DNA of 64,000 bases from Leucoraja ocellata (taxonomy: Eukaryota): assembly GCA_036785375.1 (NCBI GenBank), contig JAWMAR010000030.1, positions 7,626,001-7,690,000 of the forward strand, read 5' to 3'. Shown here in pieces: positions 26,901 to 41,900 of this stretch. The position numbers and the translations under genes are program-made. The notes beneath the pieces are model-generated. The model saw only the letters and a program-made list of their open reading frames with translations. It had not been told where the DNA came from and did no database searches. Numbering within the stretch: the stretch's first letter is position 1; each line of letters starts with the position of its first letter.

Positions 26901-29900
26901 GAGGTGAAGAGATGGGTCTTGAGGCGGGACTGGAAGATGGTGAGGTACACGGAATTGCGGATCAGTTGGGGGAGGGAGTTCCAGAGCCTGGGAGCTGCCC
27001 TGGAGAAGGCTCTGTCCCCAAAACTGCGGAGGTTGGACTTGTGGCTGGAGAGGAGACCGGCTGATGTGGATCTGAGGGTTGGTAGGGGGAGAGGAGGTCA
27101 GTGGGATATGGGGGGGGGGCCAGATGGTGGAGGGCTTTGTAGGTGAGGACCAGGATTTTGTAGGTGATCCGGTGGGAGATTGTACTTGAGTTTGGCTTGA
27201 TTGTATCTATCTATGTAGATACCTATCAGATTTGATTGGATAATCTGTGGAATTCTCTGCCACAGAAGGCAGTGGAGGTCAATTCGCTGGATGTTTTCAA
27301 GAGAGAGTGAAGGGGCTGTCCCACTGGGTCATCATTCGCGCGCCATTTACGTGACCTGCCAGCGCCTGGGTAGCGCAGGACGGGCGCATGGAGTGGTGTG
27401 GAAGAGTGTGGAGTGGCGTGGAGGAGTGTGGATTTCGTCCTGCACAAAATCTTCGCGTGCCACCGGCCTGTCGCGTAACTGACGGCCAAAGTCGGACAGG
27501 CCCAAGAGATATAGCTCTTAGGGCTAAAGGATCAAGGGATATGGGGGAAAAGCAGGAATGGGGCACTGATTTTAGATGATCAGCCATGATCATATTGCAT
27601 CGTTTGAAGGGCCAAATGGCCTATTCCTGCACCTATTTTTCTACGTTTCTATGCAAAACAAACCTTTTCACTGTACCTTGGTATACCTGACAATAATACA
27701 CCCAAACCTAAGCATAGCATCTTCAATGAAGTTGAGGGCTTTCTCTGAACTTACAAATGCTTCACAGTCACAGGCTCATGTATGGTAAAGAAACAATGGC
27801 AGCCAATTTACATAACAAACTCACTCAAGCACCAGAACTAATTGAAGTGACAGTTACACTTCACTGACAGATTGAAGGGGAAATGTTAGTCAGGAAATTG
27901 GCAAACCATTTATTTTTCTTATAGTTACATATATACCCATTTGAGAGGAGATGTGCATTGTTTAACATTTAATTTGTGGGACAGCACTCCACTCCCCTCC
28001 CCCCCCCCCCCCCCCCCCAAATGCAGCTTTCCCTCTGTTCTGCAGCAACGGATTAGCCTGGATTATGCATCAAATCCCTGGAAATGGACTTGAACTGCAA
28101 CATGACACAGTAACAATGTTCCACTCACTCTGACATGACCGGCATCTGGCACCATCAACAGAAGCACGCTGTTCTCTTCTAATATCAAAGTAACTCCATT
28201 GAACCCCTCATGTCAAAGCCAAGAAATCCTAATCCTTTCACTTCTTCTTTGATAAATGGTCAGGGGTGTGGATGACTAACTTCACAAGAGCACAAGGAAA
28301 TGGGAGCAGTCGTAGATCCCCACAAACCTGCCTGCCATTCAATACGATCATCGCTGATCTACGCTAACCTCAACTCCTCCACGATGCTACCACTCACAGC
28401 TATCTGTTACTCAATCTTGCATATATTTATTTACTGACCTCTACCAGGTTTGGGGGCAGAGAATCATCTGACGGAAGAATTTTCTACACACCCAAGTTTT
28501 AAATGATCGGCTCCTATCTTGTATATACATCCCCTTGCCTATGACTTTCCCTCAAGTCCAAACATCTCAGCATCTGCCCTATCATGCCTGCTTAGGATCT
28601 TACACTTTTGAATAGGGTCACCACTCATTCTTCTAGACTCCAAGGAATACAGACCCAAGGTTCGACTACACTGGATTCTGAGATGGCTAATAGTCAGGTA
28701 CAAGAACCACCGACTCTCCCACAGGTAGTGCAGGTGGGATGCAATCAGGGTAACATGCATGGGTTTGACCTGCATGCCAAAGGCTAAGGTTTCCATTTTA
28801 AAGCAACATCAAGTGTGGGTTTATATAAAGCTACACGCAACAGAAATTGCTTACATTTAAACATGCACAGTAGGTGCACAGAATTGTATGCGTCTTATTT
28901 AAAGCGATTAATTAATTCTGTTAATATTAAATAATAAAGATTAGCGATTAAAACATTTTTATGCAAAGGTTTCGGTTTTGAAAAGTAGCAATGGTCCTGT
29001 TCCAATGTGTCCAATCTACTGTAGAACTGAATGTATCAACTTTTGAACTATTGTCCCATTAAACTATCCTGTTACAAAACATTTGTTTCCTATTGACTGG
29101 AAGATATGACGGAAGTGGCAGATTTTCAGACTTCCTTTTTAAAAATGAGCGTGAGTATCTAATTAAGTCACGGACTGCCAGTGACCCTGCAATGCTGATC
29201 ATGAAGCTTTGCAATTACAACAATTACGGTGGTTCAAACTACCTTTGCTCCTCTATCGCCTGCCCGGCCCATTTCGCCAGGATCTCCCTGTGTGTGTAGA
29301 GGGAAAACAAAAGTTTAAATAAAGAGAAAAAGTAAGTAGTCACACCTTTACTTGCAAGGACCCATGCAAAATAATTGTGCCACCAATCACTGTAATCAGT
29401 ATACGTGGCTCCTGAATTGATTATGACACTGAACGGATGCAGATCCAAACCTTCCCCTTTGCTCCCCCACCGCACCCCCTCCCTTAACCACAGAAACACC
29501 CCCTGCAGAACCGTCAATGTCTAAATAATAACATTCACAAGACACTCAACATACACAGGGGTGTTGAGGATTGGGTGCGGAATCTCCACCTCTTGCTTGG
29601 GTCAAAAGTTGTGAAATGCGCGATGTATATTCTAGATCTTGAATTCTAGATTGTGAATTGCCCACTTAGTTATCAAGAGTACTTTTAACCCCAACTGCCG
29701 CCTGGAACTTGGGGAGGACCAGCAGTTAACACCGAGAAGAATGCTCATGGGACCAAAATAGGATCTTTATAGACTTACATACCATTGGTTCAGAGTGACT
29801 TCAGAGAGCAGGGCTTTTTTTTTTGTCAAGTTTGTGCTCCAACTGGGGCCTGAGCAGAAAATTATCATCTCAGTTCTGCAACTCATCACCAGCTAAAATG

Positions 29901-32900
29901 GATCTCCACAATAAGTGCAGAACATTATGTTGTAGAACCAGGAATACATGATGTCTCTCTGGCTGGATTCTCTCCACCCTATCTTCCAACTCCCTGACTC
30001 TCTCCGACCGCACTCCTTATGCTGCAACTCCCTAGAAGGTAACCAGCCTTCCCTCAGATTTCTCAGTGGAAATGGTCAGTTTCTATAATGGCTGTCTTTC
30101 AAATGAAGCACCAGGTTCACATCCAACTAAGAGTTAGTCCCAAGTATTAAACTTATTCTATCCCTACACATTACTGACTGACGTGTTGTGATCCTTTCTC
30201 CTCCGAGCTTTGAACTGTTGAAAATATTCCAGATTTCTGATTAATTAATTTCTGTACCGGACACCACAAGAGAGTCTGCTTGAACGCAACATGCAGTTGT
30301 CTTGTAGATCTAACTTTCCTCAGTTTGAACTAACTGCTAATTTGAGGAAACACTGCAAGATCAGCCTCTGCATTTTTAAAATTGCTGTATTCATCTTACT
30401 TGATAAATCATTATTTTTTCCCAACTTAAATAAAAGCTCGACAGTGCCATATAAGCAACAACTCCACAAAGGCATATCTAAAACAGAGTCCGCTTGAGCT
30501 CCAGACAATGTACATGTTGTACTTTTTCATCAAAACCGTGCTGAATTAAAGCACAATAGCAAAGCAAACACATTTTGGAAGCAACATTAGTGCAATTGTT
30601 GTGTTTAGGAAAAGCTATTTGAGTACAGACAGCATTGCATTATACACCCCACGGGACCACATAAATCTTAATTATTGACAATTCTACTGTAACACCGCAC
30701 TGAAAGGTCTCTTCGACTGAGCTTAGTTTAGTGTGAAATTCACAAATTTGATTCACTGGTGGTAGAACCGCGGAAAGATTTAAATGATTTAGGAAAGATA
30801 GATTAGTCAAAGTGAGACAATAATAGACTGAGACAACATCGACATGGCTTAGAGATTAAAAGAAGAGAAACATGGCTCTATTACCTTTTGTCCGACATCT
30901 CCCTGGTCTCCCTGTTAATATAAATAGGGAAGCCAAAAGGAAAGCAGAGATAAGTCACCTTTATAGAATGCAGACAGAAGCAGGTAAAAGAATGAGGTCA
31001 GGTCAGATAACATTCACATGCACAAACTTTAACTTAACCATCCTGAAAGTGTTAAATAATTACAAACTTAACATCCCCAGAATGAAAGATAACTTGAAGC
31101 TTGTTACCGGTTTATTAAATGGAAATTGAAGGGGGCTTTCAACGATAGTGTAACTAATTGCACTTGACAACTGTAACCATTCTTTATTAAGAGATGTTAT
31201 TTTCTATTAAAAACAGATGTCTCTGTGCTTCCTCATAATAATGTGCAATTAATCGCTGTTAATAAACTGACGTTGGGGACTGATGCAAGGCACAGATCCA
31301 TCCTCGGAGTTTACCTTTCGGCCTACGGATCCCGGTAATCCGGCTGGACCAGGAAGCCCTAATTCACCAACCTCACCCTGAGGGAAAGAAGAGAAAATAA
31401 TAGCACAAAAGACCAAACTGGAGAGCACCCAGCAAAGAGAAGTAGACTTGCAAAGCAAAGCGTGAAACAAGGCAGAATTAACTGTAGGGAAGAGAAAGAA
31501 CCTCGTGGAAGTTGTCAGAGTTTGTCACGGTGGAGGAGATGTTTTTTACTCTGGAGAAACTTCAAAAAACTCATAAGGATTAAATGGCCACTAACAAAGC
31601 CAACAGGAAATTTTGGAGAATATTCAAAGGTCAGTGAAGGTGAAGAATTCCCATAAATATCATTGATGCATTGAAGGAGAATCTTGTTGAGAACAGAGCA
31701 GAAGGTTATTCAGACAGAGAGGCAGAGGCAGAGGGAGAGACATACTGTTCTACGACTGAGGCCCAGGTGAATAGAAAAACCGGCTTGCGGGGCAGATGTA
31801 CTGCATTGTCTGCTTGTGTGCTGGAAGCTCAATAAATTGAATGGCTTTGTCCATGAATTAATGATGGACCACAGATAAGGCACAAAATATGGAGTAAATC
31901 AGTGGGACAGGCAGCATGTCAGGAGAGAAGAAAGGGTGACGTCTCGGGTTGAGATCCTTCTTCAGACTGAACCAATATTCTTTACAATTTCAAACAAAAT
32001 CTTTAATATTTCTTTAAACACAAACCCAGTCTGTCAAGCAGCACTTCTGGAGGACATGAATAGGTGACATTTTGGGTCAAGACTTGAAATATCACCCGTC
32101 CATATCCTCCAAAGGCACTGCCTGGCCCACTGAGTTACTCCAGCACTCTGTGTTTTGCTCAGGATTCTAGCATCTACAGTTCCTTATTTCTCTCTCAATA
32201 ACCTTTCACTACTTGTGGTCCTACAATGTCTTTTACCCCCACTGAAGTTGTGTTTGAAATGATTTGTCACTCATTTGGGAAGTATGAAGAAGTTTGCTTT
32301 CTGAAAAGAGGGGTGAAAATCTGTAGAGCTTGATTCGAAAATGCCACAACGCACCTGGGATTGAATGAATAGATTGGACTGATGTTTACAGATTTAATTT
32401 GGATCTATAAGGTAAGCCCTATAGAAAAATATCCATTTCCTTTGATCAAAGGAATAAAGGGCTGAAGATAACTTTGCAAAGAATCAGACCCTCTCGTGGA
32501 GACAAAGTGCGAAGTGAAAAGGTAACTTGGTACTTGTGTGGCTGTGTTATTCAGTGATAATCCCACCACAAATTAAACAAATTAGTTCCACAGTGATTGG
32601 GTTTCAGGCTTGGCACACTGAAGTTACTGACTAATTTGTATTTAACCACCTATCACAGAGCTTTGACAAGATTGCTGATATAACAACTTAAAAAAAAGAC
32701 AAATGTATATACCAGTTATTTATTTAAAATGGTAATTTCCAATATCATGTTACGTAGAATTTGCAGCATAGGAACATGTCACCAGCCCAACAAATCAGTG
32801 CTTCATATGAGGCTTCTTTATCTCATTCCATTCACATTCCTCTCCCTTTCACTCTCCAATGTAAATTTAATATTGCTCAGAACATCTTCAAGTGGCAATA

Positions 32901-35900
32901 AAATAAAATGATTGGCACAGCCACTGCAGCTGAGAATCTCTTTCTCTTATCAACAGAACTAACATGTAATGGCAAGAAAAAAAAACTAGAGGCAAAAGGA
33001 ACTACAGATGTTGGGATCTTGTGTAAAAGACAAAATGCTGGAGTAATTGGGCAGTCAGGCAGCATCGCTGAAAGACTTGACAGAATACCTTTCATGTCGG
33101 GGGTCTTTCTTCAGACTGGACTTCAAAGTCCGAAGAAGGGTCCCAATCTGAAACGTCCCCTATCCATGTCCCCTCCATTGAGCAATTCCAGCACTTTGTG
33201 TTTTACTTTAAAAAAAACCTAGAGATTTTGGAAATCTGAAGAAAAAACAGAAAATGCCGGAACCGTTCAGCGGGTTAGGCAAAGTTACCACTTCAGGCTG
33301 GGAAAGTTTTGTTGAAGGGTCTTAAGACCTGAAACAAAAACTATATCTCTTTCTCCGGAGGCTGCCTGATCTGCTGAATGTTTCCAGCGTTTTCTGTTTC
33401 TTGTTCAGATATCCTTGCATTACATGTTAGTCCTGTTGATTTGGCAAAGAGATTAGAGTCATAGAGTAATGCAGAGTGGAAACAAGCCTTTAGGCCCATT
33501 TTCCCAATCCGACCAACATGCCCCATCTACATCAGTCCTACTTGCCTGTGTTTGGCAACTCTTTCCATATACTTACCATCCTTTGTGTAAAGAGGTTGGC
33601 CCCAGGTTCCTATTAAATCTTTTCCCCTTCACATTAAACCTATGCCCTCTGGTTCTTGGTTTCCCTATTCTGGGTAAAAGACTCAGTGCATTTACCCTAT
33701 CTATTCCTTTCATGATCATATACACCTCTATAAGAACTTCCTCATCGTCCTGTGCTCCAAGGAATAAAGTCCTAGCCTGCTCAACCTCTCCTTATAGTTC
33801 TGGCTGCCGAGTCCTGTAAACACCCTCGTAAATCTTCTATGCACCCTTTCCAGCTGAACAACAAGAAGATATTCTCTGCTGCACTGTAGGTTCTCAGCTA
33901 TAGTGATTGATCCAATAATTCATTTTAACTTTATTTAGGATTGAGATACAGCGTGGAAACAGGCCCATCCGCCCATTGAGTCCATGCCGACCAGTGATTT
34001 CCATACACTAGTTCTATCCTACACACTAGGGACAATTTACAATTTTTACCGTAGTCAATGAATCTGAAAATCTGTATGTGTTTGGGGTGTTTTGTGTGCG
34101 GAAGAAAACCAGAGCAGTTTGGGAAAACCCATGCGTTCATGGAGAGAACATACAAACTCCATACAGACAGCAGCTGTAGTCAGGTTCAACCCCGGGTTTA
34201 AATGTGTACCATAATTAATGTAGAAATATTAGGAACGTTTCTGTAGTAGATGTCTAGATGACACAAGTAGGAATAACTTAACTTTTACCATCTATGCTAT
34301 TCACATTGCAAAAGTCAATAAAGGTAAATGCTAAAAGATTTAACTTGAAGTGCATGGTAAAACAAGACCTGAGATATTGGATAAACAAAGCTTCCAGCTG
34401 GGCACTTTACAAAGAAGAAGATGAACATCTAAATTTATCATATGTGGCAGAACCAGTATAAACACTTATTTTTCCGATTGTGAGGTTAGATATACAGCAT
34501 CTCAGTTCAACTGCCCCATGTACATATGACCTACTTTACAGATTATTTGTTTAGGAGAATTTAAACGGCTATATGAAGCAACTCAAGTGCACAATGACAC
34601 TGTGTAAGTCCATTAGCGAGTGTAACATTACACGGCCAACTGCACAAGCCAAATGTTTCCAGTTAAACAAATAGTTGCTGAAACTCAAGGGAACTGGAGA
34701 GAGATGGAGATTTGTTTCCACCTGCAACTTGGGTGCAACCCAATCCTATCAAGATTCTGGTTCATTTTAAATATCCCTCTGAATTCTAATGTGAGGTAGG
34801 GAGTTACAAGGAGGAGGGGGACATTCCTCGTCTTTGTCGACAATCGTTTTCTTTGTCTCCTTGAAATACTGCGGCAAAATGCCTGCTGGCTGAGTTACTT
34901 TGAAGCTTTCTGCATCTCTTAAGACTGGCGATACTGGCAAGTCCAGAAGGATCATTTATCTCCCTTGTGAAAGTTGGCTCCAGTAGGATTTGAGTCAAAT
35001 GCTTTTTATCTTTCCGGGTATTGGTCGGTCCTCAGTGGCTACCCCCTTCCACTTTATGGGGGGGTGGGGGGGTGGAGCGCACTGAAACGGCTCATTAATG
35101 GGCAACTATAGGCACTGGGTTTCATCCCATGAAAGCTCTCCAAAAGAGTGGGCGGGTCTGGCCTGGGAAGGAGAAGACGGGAATAACTGGCAAAGCTTAT
35201 AATTATCCACATTCTGCGGGCCAGAAAATAAACATTCATGGAAAGCTCTGCCAAGTATTAGACACGTGATGCTTCATTATGTGTAGGAAGAACTGCAGAT
35301 TCTGGTTTACACCAAAGATGGACACAAAATGCTGGAGTAACTCAGTGCATCAGGCATCATCTTTGGAGAAAAGGAATAGGTTTGTCACTCTGAAGTAGGG
35401 TCTCGACCCGATGCAGCACTTATTCCTTTTCTACAGAGATGCTGCCTGACCCGCTGAGTTACTCCAGCTTCTTGTGTCTATCTTTGTTACATCATTATGT
35501 TGCACATCCTGCAAAGTGAAGGCTATTTTTGCACTGATGGGCAAGGAGGCACACACAACTCATCACACCACATTGGACTTTAGATGGGGTAGTCTGAACA
35601 GTTGCAATGTGCCACACACTTGCCAACTCTCCTGGTTCCAAACAACCCAGGAATTACAGCAGCGATTTAGCTCACAGAGAAGCTGGGATTTGGCAGTATT
35701 CAAGTTCCACATTTCCCACCTACAGTCCAACCAGCTATTAGACAACCTGTCACTATGCTCCAAATACAATAGCAACATGGGAAGAAAATCTTTGTCACAA
35801 TCCATTGATCAGCGATGATTAACGATCACAGACTTGAAGAGTAATTTTGATCTTGTTTGGTCCAGCTTACATCTCTCGTATAAAGCTTTTGAGAAGAATG

Positions 35901-38900
35901 GAATAAAATTGTACATTTCACTATGTAATCTGCCTGTAGTTGAGCTAAATTATTTGGATTATAATGAGGATTTGCTCTTGATACGTGTGCCAATACCAAT
36001 GCTCTTAAATGTACATCCGTTTTCTTTTTGAGAGAAATTGATATGTTGCTGCAGACCTTTTCACCTTCCCTGAGGAGCTCATATTCTCAACGCTTTAAAA
36101 AAAAACCCCAATCAGCTACCTAAAGGAGTAACAAATACAGCAACAACAAAAAAATGGGGATTTGATGTGATGCATAGAAACCTAACACCTTTATTACTAA
36201 CCCTCACCCCTTCTGGACAATTTCCTTTTTCTTCCTTCCTCACTTCCTGACTTTTTTTTAGTTCCCCTTCCCATTTTTCTCTCTCTTTCACATTCCTTCC
36301 TGCATTTCTACTCATCTACCCCCCCCCCTTCTCTTTCTTTCCCCTTCCTCATTCCTTATTTTCCTTGCCACTCTCCTGCATTTATTAATCTTTACATTTC
36401 CTAATTCCGACATCTTCATTGGGCAAGCTGCAAACGTTTACCACATACTAATGATGCTCATTCCTTTCCGCAGTGCATATAGTTTTGCTTCATCATCTGT
36501 AATAAATGCTTTAAAATCTCTTCTAATTTTCACCTTGCTGTGGACTACCAATGGCAATAAAGTAGGAAAGAATGGCCATGATATCCAGTCAAATGGCCCA
36601 CCCCCCTCCTTTGCAAACAACTCAACGACTCACCCTAAGCTGGTAGTTGTTTAGAAGCCAAGCCAATGAATGATGTTATGGTTCAGTTACAGAGCAGCTC
36701 ACAAGACTGATAACATGCCTATTTTCCAAATGCTTAAATGTTCAAATCCTAGATCATTAACTTACTTTATCCCCAACATCAAAATCCACGCTAATTCCAA
36801 GGAGGAATGAATCCAGTTTGGCTCAGGGGCTTCAAAGTGCATAACAGAAGTAAATTGAATTGTAGCTTTGATTGCTGAAAGTGGTGCTGAGTATTGAGGT
36901 TAGAGCATTATTAATAACAGCATCGCAGTTGGTTTCCTTTGCAGTTCTGTTTACAATAAACCATCATAACTAATGTGAAAGAACCAACACATTTTAAGTG
37001 GTTTTACTCATGGTCTGGGAATAGTTTGAGCTGATATAATCTGCCAAATTCCCAGACAGTGTTTTTGGACTAAAATTGTGCCGAAATGGATTCCGTACAA
37101 AACCTGAGATCTTTATATTTAAATGATAATTAGACCAAATGTGCTTCTGATCATCACCTCAACACATGAAAAAGCCAGCATGTCATGAATTGTCAATATT
37201 CCAATCAACTTATTTATCTGCAAATATTGGCATCGTTGCTTTTACAAAGTTCAGAGTTAATATGAATCATGTCTTGATCTGCACCTTTATTTGTTTTCTT
37301 TGGACACTTTCTACTGCAGTAGGAGCAGTGGATATTTTTTGTGCTGCTTCTTATTAGAGTCATACAATGTGGAAACAGGCCCTTCGGCCCAACTTGCCCA
37401 CACTGGCCAACAGTATTCTGTTGGGAAGTTGACTACTTGCTTGGTCTGACCTGTGGATGGTACAAGAAGGACATTGGAGACTCTTGTGTGCATGGGTGTT
37501 CTGCTATCAGGCCCAACAGCAATATTAGGGTCCACAGAAGCTAGTCCTCATCCGTCAGGGAACCAGGAGGCCAGCTGACAGTGTTAGGTCCCTGGCGGAT
37601 GGCCAGCATCATCTTCCCATGAAGACAGTCAGCAATGCCAGCAGTTCCAGGAGGCTGATTGGAAACATTGCAAATGGGAGCTCGGGAACATTGGCATCAA
37701 GATGTTGAGGTGGTGGTAGGAACTGGCATCAAACGGGTCATGGAGAATGGCATCAGGGAGGATAGGGTAACGGTTGGGTTTGGACACTCCTCACTTACAT
37801 GCAAGTCCCCCTTGTGTGAATGTGTGTTGTACATGCACCTACTGGGCCATGTCCTCCATGCTCCCTGCAATGCTCTATAAGAAGTGATGCACACTGAATG
37901 ATGGCATCATCTATGCCCTGAAGCAGTGGGCATGTTGGGTCATGAGGGTGACCCATGGTCGCTGGTGTGTCCAATCACTTTGCAATCAGCAATATAGGCA
38001 ATCTAACTCCCAAACACACTTCCCGTCACACCAATGATTTAAGGCGGTAACTCCACACCTTCTCACCCATCAGGGTCGGGCAATAAATCCTGAGCTTTCC
38101 TGTGCTAAGATGAGAAGACTGTCTGGAGCCACGTCTTGAGAGCCGGTTGCCTGCAGAGTCTCCGACTCTGTGTGGAATTAGTTTGGCTCCTGATGCAGGA
38201 TTTACAGCTTTACAGCCGTCTCCAAAAAAAACAACTTCAAGTGAAGAACTGTAATGTTTTACTGCTCAGCTACAAATACGCTTCCACTCTTATAGTGATA
38301 GTCGACACCAACACAAATGAAATCTAGTTTTGCAGCAGCAAGCGAAGGAAATGGCCACACATTTTGAGGCCTATGTTGACAGCAGGTTCATGCAAATCCT
38401 TTGAAGTAGGGTTAATGCCAAGAGTGATGGTCAGGAAGAGCACGCAGTGTTGGTCTAGACATGTTAGTCACGACCACATTTGCCTGCGTTACCTGGTGTT
38501 CATAACGCCAATCACGTTTAGTGAACAGTGTGGGTGCACACATGTGATCACCTCTCATGTGGCCCCAACTACAGTCCATCTCTACGTGCAGATAAAGCCA
38601 CTGAGCTTCCTGCAGGATCAACCACAAAGCACTGTAAAGAAGTTTATCCAACCTTTCTTCCTGGGAGCCCGGGTATTCCTGGTTTTCCTTGCAATCCTGG
38701 TTGCCCCTGATACAAAAAGAGGAGATAATTTGTTATTTTTTCCTTTATCAGACACTATTTGCATTAATTATTACCACCTCAGCTGTTTTCATTTGAAAGA
38801 GCTATTTACATATTAAGCGCCACTATTGAAGGGACATTTACTAGGGTGTGACACAGATCGACAACCGTTTGGTAAAAGTTCCCTTCATTATATAAACACT

Positions 38901-41900
38901 GTTTTCCTGTAAAAGCAACTCCTTTTTAAGCTTCCTGGCAACATCCTTTAAAGTTCCCGCAGCTCCCATTTCCTGATTTGATTTGCTCTGTGTATCCCAG
39001 TCTCAGGCAGTTTACTGCAGTTGTCTGTTTAAGATTAGAACACAGAAATCCTGAGGGAAACTCTAAGGGTGTAGCAATAACTAAAGATATCGCAAAGGCT
39101 TGACATTGTGTGTGTGCGTGTCTGCCTCTCAGTGGTTTAACACCTGAAATGATAGTCAATTGCTCATGCCCTCATTGCAATGCCCCATCACTTGCTGACT
39201 TTACCTTCTATTGTCTCAGTGTCAAATTCTAAAATCCACACTTTAAACTGCTCAGCTATTCCACATCTGTCTCCATCTTTAGGTTGCTCTGTAAACTCAA
39301 GCTCTTTGACCATGATCTGCTTTGTGGTTTGGAGTCAAACTTTTACTGTGGCTCTTGTAAACTGGGTTGTTTTACTACAAGAAGAGTGCTTATGCACAAC
39401 CTTGCACCTGGATTCACAAAAGAGGATGGGAAAATCATTTGAAATGTTAAAAGGGAGAATATTCTTTCAAGAAATGTATTTGGATCATCCCGCCAATTTT
39501 TCCCAAGCTTGGTATGGAAAAAAACGTTTAATCAAAAGGACATTTCTGAAAATGTGTATACTTCAAAAAAATGCATCTTTGCATAGGATATGCAAATAGT
39601 TAACATCAGCCAAACAGTATATCATATTTAGCTAAACAAAACCACACTGTACCTTGGTATGTTTTCTTTGATTAATAGAAATTTAGAATTTAGAAATTTA
39701 GGGATGGCACAGTGGTGCAGTGGTAGAGTTGCTCCCTTACAGCAACAGAGACCTGGGTTTGATCTTGATTACAGGCGCTGTCTGTGCAGAGTGTGCACGT
39801 TTTCCCTGTGAGCACGTGCGTTTTACTCCAGGTGCTCTGGACATTCCAAAGACATGTAGGTTTGCAGGTTAATTGGCTTCTGTGCATTGTCTCTTGTGTG
39901 TTGGATAGAACTAGTGTATGGGATCACTGTTGATCAATGCGGACTTGGTGGGCCGAAGGACCTGTTTCCATGTTGTATCTCTAAACTGAACATGGGAGCT
40001 ATTTAAATATCCAACATTGTCATAATGGCACAGAAATTGGTCCCTTGGCACACCAAGTCAAAATAACTATCATACCAACCCTACACATTTTATTCTCCTC
40101 GACATCCAATAAATATCTGCAGTTATTTGTAACATGTTTATGTTCAAAGCCCAGAGAAAACCTGAACTGAAGAATCAGTGTACATAAATACAGTAGTCTA
40201 AATGGCTACCAGTCAGTCTGACTGAGGGCAATGACTTTATGATACAAGTTTAAGCACAGATTGTCTCCTCTCTGTCTTTCTCTGAAGCAGTTGACCTATT
40301 TCCACAATGCCCTTAATGTTTACATCTGTAATGATTCATTTAAGGTCAGTCAGTTAGTTAGTTCATGAGCTGTCTCTGATTCACAACTATTAATTGCTGC
40401 CATATTTCTAATTCAAGATGCTTGCCATTTTCTTTTTAATAATTAATGGGGGATTTAACCATCCACAGAATGCAATGCAGTCATTAATTTCAATGCTGTT
40501 TTTGGATCTCTAGGACGAATTACAGGTATTATTTAGCACATCAAACATCAACAATGTTTGGCTGTCTGTATTGTATTTTGGGGCATTTTGAGTCAAGCAA
40601 GGTACACGGCCAAGGAGGAGAAGCTCCTACTTGACTTGGAAATTGAGGAAGTCCATCTGGGCGTCTTCCGTGCAATGTTTAGTGCTCTTTCAACCGCACT
40701 GTGACTTCATGTTTCCTTTATAATCCATCAAAAGGGTTAGGCTGGTAATTACTTTGCACAGTTCCCGACACTTGTGTGATATGGTGGTAAAACCAGCCAA
40801 AGCTGGAGACCGGCAGGTCCATTATTGAATGAGTGGGCCTTTAAAACTTGGCACATATCACTGATGTTCTTTTTGATCTCGCTCTTCTTGGAAGAATCTT
40901 TCTTTAACCTTCCCCTTCCTTTTGTGTTTGATCACCCCATCTTCTCTCTGAGGAAGTCACCGTTTTACTTTGCCAAAGAGGAAAAAACATTTCCTAAATG
41001 CACAATAACAGTTCACACCTTCTGGGCTTGTCCCGAGACCCTTGTTCATCTTATGCATTGGAGGGGAAAATACGACTACTTTCAATTTTTGCCCCTGTCT
41101 TATGAATCTACTTTCTGTACACTCTCTGGAAATGTTATATATAAATCTATCCAGATTTATGTAAACGTTCAATGACTGTATATGGCAAAAACTGACTACA
41201 CAGTTCAACTGATCCATTGCAGTCAATGTAGCCACTTTTTTTTTTTATTTTTTTTTTTTTAACTGTACTGTTTTTTATCAGAAACTGGATTGTTTTTATT
41301 TATGCGTGAAATGTTTAAGTTTTTATGTGCGATGCTCCGGTATTCCCTGAAAAACGTCTTCTCATTTCGCACTGTACAATTGTTGCTTTGCATGATGACA
41401 ATAAAAGGATGATAATGATAATGATATTCTCCACTTCAACAACAGTACTTAAAAACCTTTCTGCCTTCTGCAATTAGACCGCCAAACTTTAGTAACCCAA
41501 GTAGATTCAGTTAAGGGCCAAACTAACTGAGGAAATAATAGTAAAACTCTCTCATTCTGACACACAGAACTCCAAGTCTAATTCTGTCATTAAGGTAGAA
41601 CCACAAGCCAGAAGAAATGCTACACAAATAGATCTTAATTGTACCAATCCACCCCAACTTCAGAAATTAAATATGATGGAGTGGTCATGGGGACCGATAT
41701 AGGTTCAAAATATACACTAGGTATTCCAAGACAGACCTTAATAAAGGGAAGGTTACTCCCGCTGCTGAATGGATTCACTTTTGTCTATCCAGATTTATGA
41801 GTTAGTTCTTCTTGGGATTAGTCTACCATATAATCCAGATTGGTTTGTAGCTACACAGAGTACATCCAACCATGATACAGTCAGCCTTTTAAGCTGCATC

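Noticed and set aside
37440-38110. Coding-looking GC-balanced stretch with short ORFs
   Set aside because: No recognisable protein motif. It ends in a gggcaataaa LINE-like 3' end, so it is probably an old retroelement, but I could not assign the family.
38493-38609. 117-nt open phase-0 segment with ag/gt ends ([13 protein letters not shown]...)
   Set aside because: It lies only 43 nt from the exon 11 donor, too short for a normal intron. Extension of exon 11 hits a stop, and there is no homology to MACIT domains.
39703-39790. tRNA gene
   Set aside because: The A/B boxes are the tRNA-derived head of a SINE and continue into the V-domain; the same applies to the other copies.
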